Source: Candidatus Nomurabacteria bacterium (lineage in GTDB: Bacteria; Patescibacteriota; Minisyncoccia; Phycocordibacterales; UBA2100). Taken from it: a stretch of DNA of 48,368 bases. Positions 29,425 through 39,369 of the stretch are shown piece by piece; positions within the stretch are counted from its first letter, which is position 1, and each line of letters begins with the position of its first letter. The DNA lies in NCBI GenBank assembly GCA_943359395.1, contig CALRHH010000006.1, forward strand, positions 1 through 48,368. The letters run 5' to 3'. The notes beneath the pieces were generated by a model, which ran no database searches, was not told where the DNA came from, and saw nothing but the letters and a program-made list of their open reading frames with translations. Made by a program: the position numbers and the translations under genes.

Positions 29425-30672
29425 ATGGAGCGAAAAGGTAAGAAATACGATGTCATCGTCATAGGTGGCGGAGCCTCTGGAATGATGGCAGCAGGACGCG
29501 CGGCTGAGCGCGGCAAGTCCGTCCTACTACTGGAAAAGAATGCCTCTTTAGGCAAAAAACTGGACATCACCGGCGGTGGTCGCTGCAACATCACAAACGC
29601 CGAGTTTGATCGGAGGGCATTCGCGAAGCACTATGGAGGCGCAGAGCAATTCCTCTACTCCCCCCTTTCTCAATTCGGCGTACAAGATACATTTGATTTC
29701 TTCGCAAAGCGCGGTCTTCCTCTCGTCGTCGAGGCGCGTAAGCGGGCATTTCCTGAGACTCAGAAATCCCTTGATGTGACGCGCGTTATGAAAAAATATC
29801 TTACCGACTCAGGTGTTGTCGTGATGACAAAGGCCACCGTAAAGGGCCTCACCGTTGTAGGTAATCGAATCGAAGAAGTAAAAACGACGCAGGGTTCATT
29901 CACCGCTGATACATTTATCATATCTACGGGCGGCTTATCACACCCAGAGACAGGCTCGACAGGCGACGGATTCAAATGGCTTACGGAGCTTGGACACTCT
30001 GTTCAGGCGTCGACGCCGACCATTGTGCCCCTACGGATAAGCGAAGCGTGGGTGAAATCTCTTGCGGGAATTTCGCTCTCGTTTATGAAAATAACCTTCT
30101 TCGCCGACGGTAAACGCGCATTCTCCAAAACGGGCAAAATCCTCTTTACGCACTTCGGACTCTCGGGTCCGCTCATATTAAACAGCGCGAGCGAGGTGGC
30201 GGAACTGCTCAAAAATACCGACGTGACGGCGAGCATTGATATGTATCCCGATACCGATTTCGCGGCACTCGAGCGACAAATTATTGCGAAGATTGATATC
30301 AATAAGAATAAAGATTTCAAAAATGTCTTGACCGAGGTTGTTCCGCGTGGGTTGACGAAAGCTATTCTTGAGCTTCTTGCCCTTCCCGATGCAAACGTAA
30401 AGGCTCACAGTGTGACCAAAGAACAACGCAAACAGCTCATTCATATACTGAAAGGCGCACCTCTAACAATCTCCGGTTTGATGGGATTCGACCGAGCCGT
30501 CATCTCCGATGGCGGCGTACCGCTTACCGAAGTAGATACGAAAACCATGCGCTCACTCAAAGTCGAAAATCTCTATCTCACGGGCGATGTACTTCACATC
30601 AACCGCCCCTCAGGCGGCTACTCGCTCCAGCTAGCCTGGACCACCGGCTACGTCTCGGGGAATAGCGTTTGA
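29425..30672 (+). CDS. HI0933/YhiN-family flavoprotein
   Basis: GGGASG, GGGRCNITN, TGSTGDG, LFTHFGLSGP and GGYSLQ motifs. Confidence 0.95.
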   Translation: MERKGKKYDVIVIGGGASGMMAAGRAAERGKSVLLLEKNASLGKKLDITGGGRCNITNAEFDRRAFAKHYGGAEQFLYSPLSQFGVQDTFDFFAKRGLPLVVEARKRAFPETQKSLDVTRVMKKYLTDSGVVVMTKATVKGLTVVGNRIEEVKTTQGSFTADTFIISTGGLSHPETGSTGDGFKWLTELGHSVQASTPTIVPLRISEAWVKSLAGISLSFMKITFFADGKRAFSKTGKILFTHFGLSGPLILNSASEVAELLKNTDVTASIDMYPDTDFAALERQIIAKIDINKNKDFKNVLTEVVPRGLTKAILELLALPDANVKAHSVTKEQRKQLIHILKGAPLTISGLMGFDRAVISDGGVPLTEVDTKTMRSLKVENLYLTGDVLHINRPSGGYSLQLAWTTGYVSGNSV

Positions 30673-31637
30673 AGACCTTTTTCGTCTTTGATTTTGTTGA
30701 GTAACTTTTTTATTTCCTGGAGACTTTCAGGCTCAAGGACTGATACGGGTACTACTGTTATTCCAGCCTTTTTGAATGCTGTCATTTTTTCTTTCACTTC
30801 CGCGTCAGAAACTGAGTCAACCTTTGTGAGAAAAACGTGTTCCGTCTTTTTCGTGAGTTCCGGATTGTACGTCTCTAGTTCATTGCGAATCACTTTGTAG
30901 TCGCGCACGACGTCATCCGACTCTGCAGATACCAGATGGAAGAGTACTCGCGTGCGCTCAATATGCTTGAGGAATTTGACGCCAAGCCCCTTGCCGCCCG
31001 AAGCGCCTTCGATGATACCTGGGATGTCAGCGAGGATAATGCCGTAATACGAACCGAGGTGCGGCTCGAGAGTGGTGAACGCGTAGTTTGCGACGCGGCT
31101 CTTGGCAGCAGTAAGCTCGTTCAGGAGAGTCGACTTACCGGCATTCGGAAGACCAACTAATCCAACGTCAGCGATGAGGTGGACATTGATTTTGTAGGTA
31201 GCCACATCCCCCCTCGTGCCATCCTCATGTTCCATCGGCGTTGTATTGGTCGCGGAGCGAAATTTGAAGTTTCCCCTACCGCCTACACCGCCGCCCGCAG
31301 CGAGGATGCGCTGACCGACTTCGTTGATTTCTTGTGAATAGTTCGTCTCGAGATTCGTTATCGTCGTCCCTACGGGGACCTTCAAGACGAGATGCTCTCC
31401 TTTGCGACCATCGAGAAATTGCCCGCGACCGTCGCGGCCGCGCTCCGCCTCCACCTCTTTTCTGCTCGCAAAGACCATAAGCGCATTGATATCTCCGGTA
31501 CCCTCAAAGTAGACGCTCCCGCCCGTGCCGCCGTCGGCCCCCGTTGGGCCGCGTGAGAGTTTGACCTTATTGAAAGCCACGGCACCGTTGCCGCCATCGC
31601 CTGCTTTTACGGTAATTGTTATCTCGTCTATGAGCAT
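30648..31637 (-). CDS. obgE: Obg-family GTPase
   Basis: Gly-rich Obg domain, GLPNAGKS, YAFTT, DIPG and TKVD motifs. Confidence 0.93.
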   Translation of the reverse strand: MLIDEITITVKAGDGGNGAVAFNKVKLSRGPTGADGGTGGSVYFEGTGDINALMVFASRKEVEAERGRDGRGQFLDGRKGEHLVLKVPVGTTITNLETNYSQEINEVGQRILAAGGGVGGRGNFKFRSATNTTPMEHEDGTRGDVATYKINVHLIADVGLVGLPNAGKSTLLNELTAAKSRVANYAFTTLEPHLGSYYGIILADIPGIIEGASGGKGLGVKFLKHIERTRVLFHLVSAESDDVVRDYKVIRNELETYNPELTKKTEHVFLTKVDSVSDAEVKEKMTAFKKAGITVVPVSVLEPESLQEIKKLLNKIKDEKGLQTLFPET

Positions 31638-31717
31638 CTGGGCATGCTATCACACCTCCCTATTTTTTGAGTGTCTGCTTGATGTATTGGCATGAGAGGG
31701 TATCCTATGCGTGCGCC

Positions 31718-32854
31718 ATGTTTGAATTCAAGATTCTCAAACGCTCAAAGAAATCTCGCGCACGGCTTGGCGTCATCACGACACCGCACGGCGAAATAGA
31801 GACGCCGTCATTTATACCTGTCGCGACGCGGGGTACGGTACGTACTCTGGAAAGTTTCGAGGTCGAAGATGCGGGTGCTCAAGCCCTTATCTGCAACACG
31901 TACCACCTCCATTTGGCTCCGGGAGAAAAGGTGGTGAAGCGCGCGGGGGGGCTGCACGAATTCATGCAGTGGAGGCGGCCGCTCATGACTGACTCGGGCG
32001 GATTTCAGGTATTCAGCCTCGGATTCGGCAGAGACCACGGCGTCGGCAAGATACTGAGGGAAGAGTCTGAGAAACACATTAGAGAAGGTACTCAACCCAC
32101 CAATATAAAAATAACCGCAGACGGCGTGCGCTTCCGCTCTCATATCGACGGCACAGAGTTATTCCTTGGGCCAAAGGAATCCATTCGCATACAAGAAACC
32201 CTTGGTGCCGACATTATTTTTGCGTTTGACGAATGTCCCTCGCCTCTGGCGGACGAAAAGTATATGCGTCGCTCGCTCGACCTCACGCATCGCTGGGCGG
32301 ACATGTGCATCAAAGCCCACAAAACCAAACAGGCGCTCTACGGCATCATTCAAGGAGGCAGTTTCAAACAATTCCGCGCTGAGAGTGCAAAAATTATCGG
32401 AGCAATGCCATTTCAAGGATTCGGAATCGGCGGAGAATTCGGCTACGACAAACGCTCGCTTAGAAAGATGTTAGGTGATGTGCACGACCTACTTCCCGAA
32501 GATAAACCGCGCCACGTACTCGGTGTCGGACACCCCGACGATTTCCCGTACATCGCAAGCGCAGGCGGCGACACCTTCGATTGCATCGCGCCGACACATT
32601 ACGCGCGACGAGGCGTCGTCTTTACCTCAAAGGGACGGTTTGATATCCGCAACCGCCGCTACCTAACTGATCAGAAGCCGCTCGACTCAAGATGCCTCTG
32701 CGACATCTGCGCGACATACTCCCGCGCCTACATTTGTCACCTCATGCGCGCGCATGAAATGACGGGCATGAAGCTCGCCTCGTATCACAACCTGCATTTC
32801 TTCAACGCGGAAGCACAAAGGCTGCGCACGCGCATCAAGAACAACGAGATATAG
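31718..32854 (+). CDS. tgt: tRNA-guanine transglycosylase
   Basis: NTYHL, TDSGGFQ, QGG, DTFDC and CxCxxC...HN zinc site. Confidence 0.95.
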   Translation: MFEFKILKRSKKSRARLGVITTPHGEIETPSFIPVATRGTVRTLESFEVEDAGAQALICNTYHLHLAPGEKVVKRAGGLHEFMQWRRPLMTDSGGFQVFSLGFGRDHGVGKILREESEKHIREGTQPTNIKITADGVRFRSHIDGTELFLGPKESIRIQETLGADIIFAFDECPSPLADEKYMRRSLDLTHRWADMCIKAHKTKQALYGIIQGGSFKQFRAESAKIIGAMPFQGFGIGGEFGYDKRSLRKMLGDVHDLLPEDKPRHVLGVGHPDDFPYIASAGGDTFDCIAPTHYARRGVVFTSKGRFDIRNRRYLTDQKPLDSRCLCDICATYSRAYICHLMRAHEMTGMKLASYHNLHFFNAEAQRLRTRIKNNEI

Positions 32855-32864
32855 GCTGAGTCCA

Positions 32865-33650
32865 TCAGAACGTTCCCGTCTTTTCCCATTGCACGAGCTG
32901 CCTGCCGAGCATCCACCGCATTTTATTCGTCCACTGGCTCAGGCGGAAAAACTCTCCTTCGGTCTGGTTCTGTGCATGCCCCGGGACCTCCTCCCCTGCG
33001 AGAATTCTCTTTGCGATGGCTATGAAGGCTCTCAAGCTGTCGTTGTTGAGTTCGAGGAATGCCTCTCTTGGTCGTTTCTTCGTATCCACATAGAGCTGCA
33101 TGATGATATCGCCGCGATCAACCCCCCGTGTCACGTAATGAATCGTACTGCCGATACGAGACACATCGCGCCGCAAGACGGCAAACTGATTCGCCACAGA
33201 GCCGCGATAGTACGGCAAAATACCCGTATGAAAATTGATGGTCTTTTTCGCCGTCTCCAAAATGTTGGGTTTCAATATCGCACTGCACCAGACAACAATC
33301 AGCTCAGGCGAGAGTCGCTTGAGAAGGGCCTCGATCTCTCTACTATTGATATCTTCTACTTCGAGCGTCTCCAGCTCGGGCTCGGATGAAGAGGGGGCGG
33401 TTGAACTGGCTCGCAAGTAAGCGAGAACCTTGCGTGTCTTTCTGCTCAGTCGGAGAAGCGTCCCGTACCACAGCTCCTGCAGTATGGCTCCCGAGCGCAC
33501 AGCTTTATATATTCGCCCGGAGCGACCGGCGCTACTCAATCTCGCCCTTTTGACGAGGACGAGGTCGACTCCTCCTCCCGTCCCCTCGTGGAGCGCTTTC
33601 GCAAATGCACGCTGCTCTGCCCCCGGTAAGGTGATGAAAACGATACCCAT
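32865..33650 (-). CDS. Formyltransferase-family protein
   Basis: INFHTGILPYYRG and GSTIHYV..GVDRGDII motifs. Confidence 0.85.
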   Translation of the reverse strand: MGIVFITLPGAEQRAFAKALHEGTGGGVDLVLVKRARLSSAGRSGRIYKAVRSGAILQELWYGTLLRLSRKTRKVLAYLRASSTAPSSSEPELETLEVEDINSREIEALLKRLSPELIVVWCSAILKPNILETAKKTINFHTGILPYYRGSVANQFAVLRRDVSRIGSTIHYVTRGVDRGDIIMQLYVDTKKRPREAFLELNNDSLRAFIAIAKRILAGEEVPGHAQNQTEGEFFRLSQWTNKMRWMLGRQLVQWEKTGTF

Positions 33651-33660
33651 AGAGTGTCGA

Positions 33661-33843
33661 CTACTCCCGAACTTTCGATTCCATCATTTTAAGTGCATCT
33701 TCGTCGGTCATGTCCTCGATATCACCCGCGTGCACCTCTCGCGCGTGAATGAGCATATAGTGTGCTGCGTCCGTGGCGGCTGCGCCTTCGACTTCAAAAT
33801 CGCAGGTAGTAGCTGGGTTAAGGTCTTTGCAAGCTAATTTCAT
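33661..33843 (-). CDS. DUF1059-like small metal-binding protein
   Basis: ACKDL...CDFEVEG...HAREVH pattern. Confidence 0.8.
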   Translation of the reverse strand: MKLACKDLNPATTCDFEVEGAAATDAAHYMLIHAREVHAGDIEDMTDEDALKMMESKVRE

Positions 33844-33957
33844 ACAAAATGTTAGGTGTATAAGTGCCTTTTAATGAGTCATCAACCCCATCCCAGTGTA
33901 CCATTTGCCACCCTAGGGGAAGGTGGAAGTAGACAAACTGAGAGGTATACTTACTGC

Positions 33958-34131
33958 ATGTTGGACAAAGAGCACGAGGAGTGGCTCGAAAACCGTAATG
34001 CACGGCGGGCGGCAGCAAAAAACAATACAAAAAAGCCTCCTATTCCTCCGACAAAAGAAACTGGGGGAAGGAGGAGAAGCGGAGGCAGTGCCGACGACCA
34101 GACGGACCGTATATGGCTCGGAGAGGCGTAA
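33958..34131 (+). CDS. Small hypothetical protein (57 aa)
   Basis: TATACT 6 nt before the ATG; MLDKEHEEWLENRNARR...IWLGEA; fills the intergenic gap. Confidence 0.55.
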   Translation: MLDKEHEEWLENRNARRAAAKNNTKKPPIPPTKETGGRRRSGGSADDQTDRIWLGEA

Positions 34132-34137
34132 ACCGTC

Positions 34138-34386
34138 TTATCGCCCGTCTATCAAATTCAACTTTTGCTTCCGTGTCAGACGCTTGATTTCCGCCTCGCG
34201 GGCGCGCGCTTTTGCGAATGTGCGAAACCGCTCAAAGTGCTTGAGGATAACGGGACGACGAATCTTGGTGTAATGCGCGCCCGATTTCGCGCCATTGTGC
34301 TGCTTGAGTCTTTTTTCCAAATCGTTGGTAGATCCCACATAGAGCGAACGGTCGGCACACTCAAGAATATAGGTAAAATGCATCAT
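34138..34386 (-). CDS. GIY-YIG nuclease (UPF0213-like)
   Basis: TYILEC, LYVGSTNDLEKRLKQHN, YTK.RRP and AREAEIK motifs. Confidence 0.92.
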   Translation of the reverse strand: MMHFTYILECADRSLYVGSTNDLEKRLKQHNGAKSGAHYTKIRRPVILKHFERFRTFAKARAREAEIKRLTRKQKLNLIDGR

Positions 34387-34480
34387 GTAGTGTTAGTCTA
34401 CCCCATGAGATACCCGCTCTAGGCGATTGCAACGAATTTCGGATGTAATTATCTCACGGGGTCTACTACTTCAATCACCT

Positions 34481-35185
34481 ATGGACACAGGAAAGCCCGC
34501 ATACCCCATGCGCATCAACAAATACCTCGCCTTGCAGAAATACTGCACGAGGCGTGAGGCCGACAAGCTCATCGAAAAAGGGCTTGTCACTATCAACGGC
34601 CGTCCGGCCGCTTTGGGCGACAAAATCAATGAAAACGACAAGGTAGACCTCAAGTGGCGGCAGACTAAGTGGCGCTACTTCGCCTACTACAAGCCGCGCG
34701 GCGTCATCACGCATTCGGCGCAGGAGGGAGAAGAAGATATCAAAGAGATAGTGCCTATTGAGGGCGTCTTTCCGCTCGGCAGGCTCGACAAGGATTCCTA
34801 CGGGCTCATCATTCTTACTGATGATGGTCGCATTACTGATGCGCTCCTTAATCCCGAGCATGCACACGAGAAGGAGTACGACGTCATGACGACAGAGCCG
34901 TTACCGACAAACTTCAAGGCAAAGATGGAGCACGGCGTCGACATCGGCGGCTACGTCACGAAGCCGTGCCACGTCGAAGTGCATGGCGAGCGGAAATTCA
35001 CGATTACGCTTACCGAGGGCAAAAAGCACCAGATTCGCCGCATGTGCGGATTCTTCGGACTCGCCACATCTCACCTCCTCAGGAAGCGCATCATGAATAT
35101 AAAGCTTGCCGGTCTCAAATCAGGCGAAAACCGCCCCATCGAGGGAACGGAGTTGACCACGTTTCTCGCATCGCTCGGATTTTAA
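34481..35185 (+). CDS. rRNA pseudouridine synthase (RsuA/RluB/RluF family)
   Basis: S4 domain RINKYLA, GRLDKDS, HEKEY and EGKKHQIRRM motifs. Confidence 0.95.
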   Translation: MDTGKPAYPMRINKYLALQKYCTRREADKLIEKGLVTINGRPAALGDKINENDKVDLKWRQTKWRYFAYYKPRGVITHSAQEGEEDIKEIVPIEGVFPLGRLDKDSYGLIILTDDGRITDALLNPEHAHEKEYDVMTTEPLPTNFKAKMEHGVDIGGYVTKPCHVEVHGERKFTITLTEGKKHQIRRMCGFFGLATSHLLRKRIMNIKLAGLKSGENRPIEGTELTTFLASLGF

Positions 35186-35203
35186 TACGACACGTCTCAG
35201 CCT

Positions 35204-36016
35204 CTATAGGAGGTGCACGACTCTGTCGGACGCGTGTCGCTCTGCTTCGAGGACAATTTTTTCCATTTCAGCCACCGCTTCTACAGGATACGCTCCGCGC
35301 GCGGTTTCTTCGGAGAGCATGACCGCATCGGAGCCACTATCAATAGCATACGCCACGTCGGTGACTTCCGCGCGCGTCGGCTCGGGGTTTGTCACCATCG
35401 AGAGGAGCATTTGTGTTGCCGTGATGACTGGCTTTCCTGCACGATTACATTTCTCTAAGAGCTCTTTTTCGATAAAGGGTATTTTTTCGAGAGGAACCTC
35501 TTCTCCCAAATCCCCTCTTCCTATCATAATAGCGTCTGCAGCCGCGATTATCCCGTCGGCATTCTCCACCGCCTCGCGACGCTCGATTTTTGCAATGACG
35601 CGTGCAGTGCCGTCGAGCTCTCGTATCGCTTTCCGCGCCTCTTCAACATCCTCTTTGTTCCCCACATACGAGACGGAAATATAGTTCACGCCTTTTTTAA
35701 GACCGAATTGAATATCGGCTTTATCTTTCTTCGTAAGCAATCCTTTTCCCGGATGATAGTGTTCTGCGTCAAAATGATGCCCTGTCGGAGTTTGTGCTCG
35801 CGGACCGGAGAGGTCGAGAATGATAGGAATACTTGTATTCGTCTCGGCCTCCACCGTGCGGAGCGCATCGATGTATCCGCCCTGCTCTTCGTGCGTACCC
35901 CACGAGAAATTCAGCCGCATCACATCCATGTGATGTTGTACCATTTTCCGCAGCATTTCCACGGTGCCACTCTTCGGGCCGATGGTTGCAACTATTTGTG
36001 CACGTGATGATTTCAT
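35204..36016 (-). CDS. pyk: Pyruvate kinase, minimal (A domain only)
   Basis: [33 protein letters not shown] and MLSEET motifs. Confidence 0.9.
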   Translation of the reverse strand: MKSSRAQIVATIGPKSGTVEMLRKMVQHHMDVMRLNFSWGTHEEQGGYIDALRTVEAETNTSIPIILDLSGPRAQTPTGHHFDAEHYHPGKGLLTKKDKADIQFGLKKGVNYISVSYVGNKEDVEEARKAIRELDGTARVIAKIERREAVENADGIIAAADAIMIGRGDLGEEVPLEKIPFIEKELLEKCNRAGKPVITATQMLLSMVTNPEPTRAEVTDVAYAIDSGSDAVMLSEETARGAYPVEAVAEMEKIVLEAERHASDRVVHLL

Positions 36017-36027
36017 AGAGGAGATTA

Positions 36028-37302
36028 TTAAGGAGTAAGGAGGAAGTACCAATCCGATACATTGGCTTCCAAAGGCCCGGTCGTGATTTCATCACCCGTT
36101 TTCTGGAACACGGGAATGGTATCCATGCGCGCGCGGTACGGAGCGAGGTCAATACCCTGCTCCACGATACGCTCCACAGTGCCATTATCCACGATAGCCC
36201 CCGCCTCGTCGCTATTGTCGCGACCGTCGGATGCCGCTGCGACGAAAACCGCATGAGAACCAATGGTACGGAGCGCTTCGAGTGCGAGGAATTGGCAGCG
36301 CCCTCCCGTCCCGTGGTCTTCTGGTACCTGAAGTTGAATCTCTCCTCCCGCGAATACGACACTTTTCGGCGCAGTTTTTTCGGATATCTTTGCGAGTGCA
36401 GTTTCCGGGAATTCATACAGGGGGGTTTCGATGATGACGCTCGCATAACCGATTGATTCCGCAGCAGCGGCCATTTTTTTAAGCGCATCCTCATTTGAGA
36501 TAAGCACGATGTTGGTGACCTTCTCGAAGTACTTCTTGTCTTTCGGCGTTTCTTGGAGTGCAAACGCCTTCTCCATTCCGTATTTCTTAAGAATGGCGCG
36601 CGCGTCGTCCGTAGTCGATTGGTCGGGATACGTGGGGCCGGATGCAACCTCTTCAGGGTTACCGCCGACAATATCGGAAAAGACCATTCCTACGATTGTC
36701 GCGGGATGGAGCATCTCGGCGAGTCCGCCCCCTTTGAGTTCAGAAATATGTTTTCGTACCGTATTCAACTCACGGATAGGAGCACCAACACGCTCAAATT
36801 CTTCGAAAAGCCTGATGTTTTGTTCGCACTCCTCATCCGTGGAGCACAGGAGCGACGAGCCGCCACCCGCGACCACGACGAGCACGAGGTCATTCTCGCC
36901 CGCCTCTTCCGCGAGCCCCATGACAACCTTTGTCGCCCGTACGTTTTGGTCTGATGGCATCGGATGTGTCCCCACGAATGCGTCTATTGCCGAAGGGCAA
37001 GTCGTCAAAATCGCTCTGTCGATAACCACGGACTTTTTGAGTCGTGTGTTGAGAATCTTGTACAGCTCATACACAGCGGCGCAGGCACCCTTACCGAATC
37101 CGACGAGGTAGATATTCTCGAATCCGCTCGTATCAAATGTGCGGCCGCGGATAGTGATGGAGTTGTCGGTGACGCTCACATACTCCTGTATTACGCGCTC
37201 AGTCTGCACGGCATCGTATCCCGCTTCAAGAATCGTGAGCGCATCCCTGCGCTCATCACTGGTCGCGAGAGCGTCGAAATTCTTAATCCAATGACGCTCC
37301 AT
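36028..37302 (-). CDS. Glycerate 2-kinase (GckA/MOFRL family)
   Basis: [37 protein letters not shown] and TGP..NVSD motifs; start taken at MERHW. Confidence 0.9.
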   Translation of the reverse strand: MERHWIKNFDALATSDERRDALTILEAGYDAVQTERVIQEYVSVTDNSITIRGRTFDTSGFENIYLVGFGKGACAAVYELYKILNTRLKKSVVIDRAILTTCPSAIDAFVGTHPMPSDQNVRATKVVMGLAEEAGENDLVLVVVAGGGSSLLCSTDEECEQNIRLFEEFERVGAPIRELNTVRKHISELKGGGLAEMLHPATIVGMVFSDIVGGNPEEVASGPTYPDQSTTDDARAILKKYGMEKAFALQETPKDKKYFEKVTNIVLISNEDALKKMAAAAESIGYASVIIETPLYEFPETALAKISEKTAPKSVVFAGGEIQLQVPEDHGTGGRCQFLALEALRTIGSHAVFVAAASDGRDNSDEAGAIVDNGTVERIVEQGIDLAPYRARMDTIPVFQKTGDEITTGPLEANVSDWYFLLTP

Positions 37303-37306
37303 ACAC

Positions 37307-38308
37307 TTACTGCCCCGTGCGCGGAGTGGATACGATGTATGCAGTAATCTCACCGACTGCCCGGGTAACGCCGTCCACATCCGCTTCCTTCGAGTGGAAT
37401 GCGATGTGCGGCGTGACGAGGACATTGGGCATATCCATGAGCATGTGGTCTCCGATGAGCGGGCGCAAATCGTGCCCCTCGGACACTTGCATCTTGATGA
37501 TGGCCCCTTCCTTGTGCAGTTCGCGTTCGCCTTCGAGTACGTCGAGTCCCGCGCCGGCGACCTTGCCGGCTCTCAGTGCTTCGACGAGAGCGACGGTATC
37601 TATCACCTCGCCGCGTGCGGTGTTGACGATGATGACGCCTTGCTTCATGCGCGCAAAAAGGTCTGCGTTGATGAGGTGATGCGTTTCGGGGATATAGGGC
37701 ACGTGGAGTGTCACGATATCGGATTGTGCCGCAAGCTCCTGAAGCGTGACGTACGTGAAGCCAAGCTCCGCGGCGCGGGCCATATCAGGATGCACGTCGA
37801 ACGCAATAACTTTCATCCCGAATCCCCGGCCAATCTCGGCGACATGCGAACCGATGCGGCCCGTCCCCACGATGCCCAAAGTCTTGCCCTGCAAATCAAA
37901 ACCCTGAAAAGCCCGCACGTCGAATTTTCCGATATCACGGACCTCCTGTGATGCGAGATTGATATGCCGCGAAAGGTTGAGCATGAGTCCGAAGGTGAAT
38001 TCTGCGACAGAACTCACTCCGTAACCTGGAACATTCGCCACTGTGATTCCCCGCTCCTTGGCTGCGGCCATGTCGATGTGGTCTTCTCCCGTCGATTCCG
38101 CGACGATGAGCTTCACTCTGGGCAGTTTCTCGATGACCTCTTTTGACACGTCGCAATCCACGAAGACCGCGATGACCTCCGCATCCGCGGCAAGCTGCAC
38201 ATTTGCGGCCGAAAGGGGCTCCGGGACGAAAGTAATCTCGTGCCCCGCAAGCGCGCCCGTAAAGAGAGGCTCGGTGTCCTTAAACGAGCTGAACCGCACG
38301 ATTTTCAT
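37307..38308 (-). CDS. D-isomer-specific 2-hydroxyacid dehydrogenase
   Basis: GTGRIG, NTARG, GLDVLE and TPHIAF motifs. Confidence 0.93.
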   Translation of the reverse strand: MKIVRFSSFKDTEPLFTGALAGHEITFVPEPLSAANVQLAADAEVIAVFVDCDVSKEVIEKLPRVKLIVAESTGEDHIDMAAAKERGITVANVPGYGVSSVAEFTFGLMLNLSRHINLASQEVRDIGKFDVRAFQGFDLQGKTLGIVGTGRIGSHVAEIGRGFGMKVIAFDVHPDMARAAELGFTYVTLQELAAQSDIVTLHVPYIPETHHLINADLFARMKQGVIIVNTARGEVIDTVALVEALRAGKVAGAGLDVLEGERELHKEGAIIKMQVSEGHDLRPLIGDHMLMDMPNVLVTPHIAFHSKEADVDGVTRAVGEITAYIVSTPRTGQ

Positions 38309-38373
38309 CTGTGCATTATACCGCGCGCGATGTCAGCACATGGCGCTTCAGGGGTATAGCAAAAGAAGGGATT

Positions 38374-38637
38374 TCAGGCGCCGTGCACCTTGTTCCATAC
38401 CGTCGAGAAGACCAGGCCTACGGCATACCCGATACAAGCGGCGATGACGATGACTGTGAGCGCCGCTACCGCGTCAAAAGATGTGAAGACCGGACCGGAC
38501 GCTACCATGTGCGCCCACATCGAAAAATTTACAAGCGGCTGCGCCCAGCCGAGGAGAATAAGAAGCGACCAGAGGACATGGAACCCGCCGAGCATTATCG
38601 CGCCCACGAGTCCCGCTTTGTGTGTATTTGTCTGCAT
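38374..38637 (-). CDS. Small 2-TM hypothetical protein
   Basis: HVLWSLL...WAH pattern and two hydrophobic segments. Confidence 0.75.
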   Translation of the reverse strand: MQTNTHKAGLVGAIMLGGFHVLWSLLILLGWAQPLVNFSMWAHMVASGPVFTSFDAVAALTVIVIAACIGYAVGLVFSTVWNKVHGA

Positions 38638-38717
38638 AAAAATAGGAAAGCTGTTAAAAGACTGATAATAGAGTAAGCCTACTCCTGCGGTTTTTTCTGT
38701 CTAGCGCCCCTTCGCAC

Positions 38718-38767
38718 CCCCCCACACTCATTCCAACGTTTTGCAAAATGTTTGAATGTTGTGGGGA
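38718..38767. repeat. REP-like imperfect palindrome
   Basis: CCCCACA..ATTC.AACGTTTTG|CAAAATGTT.GAAT..TGTGGGG. Confidence 0.65.
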
Positions 38768-38824
38768 TAGCGGGAGAAGGTGAGATGGGGTGGAATACGC
38801 CGGCGGGTTCCCTATCCGGGTTCC

Positions 38825-39229
38825 CTATCTGTTGAGATATGTGATGGTGAGTTGGAGGACTGTCGCAAACGAAACCCAGAGGACATAGGGGATGTTGACG
38901 TACACAACCCAGCGCAGGCTTGGCGCCGCGTACCAAAGGGCCGTAAGCGCCCAAATGAGCGTGGCGAGGACGAGGAGGATATCAATTGCCGCGAGAAGAT
39001 TATTTTTGAGACCGAATTGGAGTGGAGTGAAGGCGAAGTTGAAAATAAGGTTGAGGGCAAAAGGGAGAGCGACAATCCATGGGATTTGCCGCGTGAAGGC
39101 CTTATAGAAAACGGCGCCGAAGGATACGGCGATGATTGCGTAGAGCACCGTCCAAACAGGCCCGAAGAGCCAAGAAGGCGGCGACCACTCGGGCTTAATC
39201 AATGTCGAGTACCAATTGTATGTATCCAT
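38825..39229 (-). CDS. tspO: TspO/MBR family protein
   Basis: WY..L.KPEWSPPSWLFGPVWTVLY and PYVLWVSFATVL motifs. Confidence 0.93.
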   Translation of the reverse strand: MDTYNWYSTLIKPEWSPPSWLFGPVWTVLYAIIAVSFGAVFYKAFTRQIPWIVALPFALNLIFNFAFTPLQFGLKNNLLAAIDILLVLATLIWALTALWYAAPSLRWVVYVNIPYVLWVSFATVLQLTITYLNR

Positions 39230-39281
39230 CCCCCAATTCTACACCCCCCTCTTCCCATCCTCCCTCTTTCTCCCCATTCCA

Positions 39282-39315
39282 AACATACTGACATACTCCA
39301 GTATGTGAGTATGTT
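39282..39315. repeat. REP-like palindrome
   Basis: AACATACT-G-ACATACT-CC-AGTATGT-G-AGTATGTT. Confidence 0.75.
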
Positions 39316-39369
39316 CTCCAAATCTCTCTTGCGGTTTTTGCAAAATACTAGAGATAGAGCAAAGTGCGG

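Noticed and set aside
33923-34273. 116-aa ORF with a faint YunG-like start
   Set aside because: It overlaps the GIY-YIG gene and the similarity ends after about 18 residues. The 33958-34131 frame has the better promoter signal.
37303-37425. N-terminal extension of glycerate kinase in the ORF track (similar extensions for tyrS, argF, purF, tgt, pyk)
   Set aside because: They overlap upstream genes or promoters, and downstream ATGs fit the family starts.
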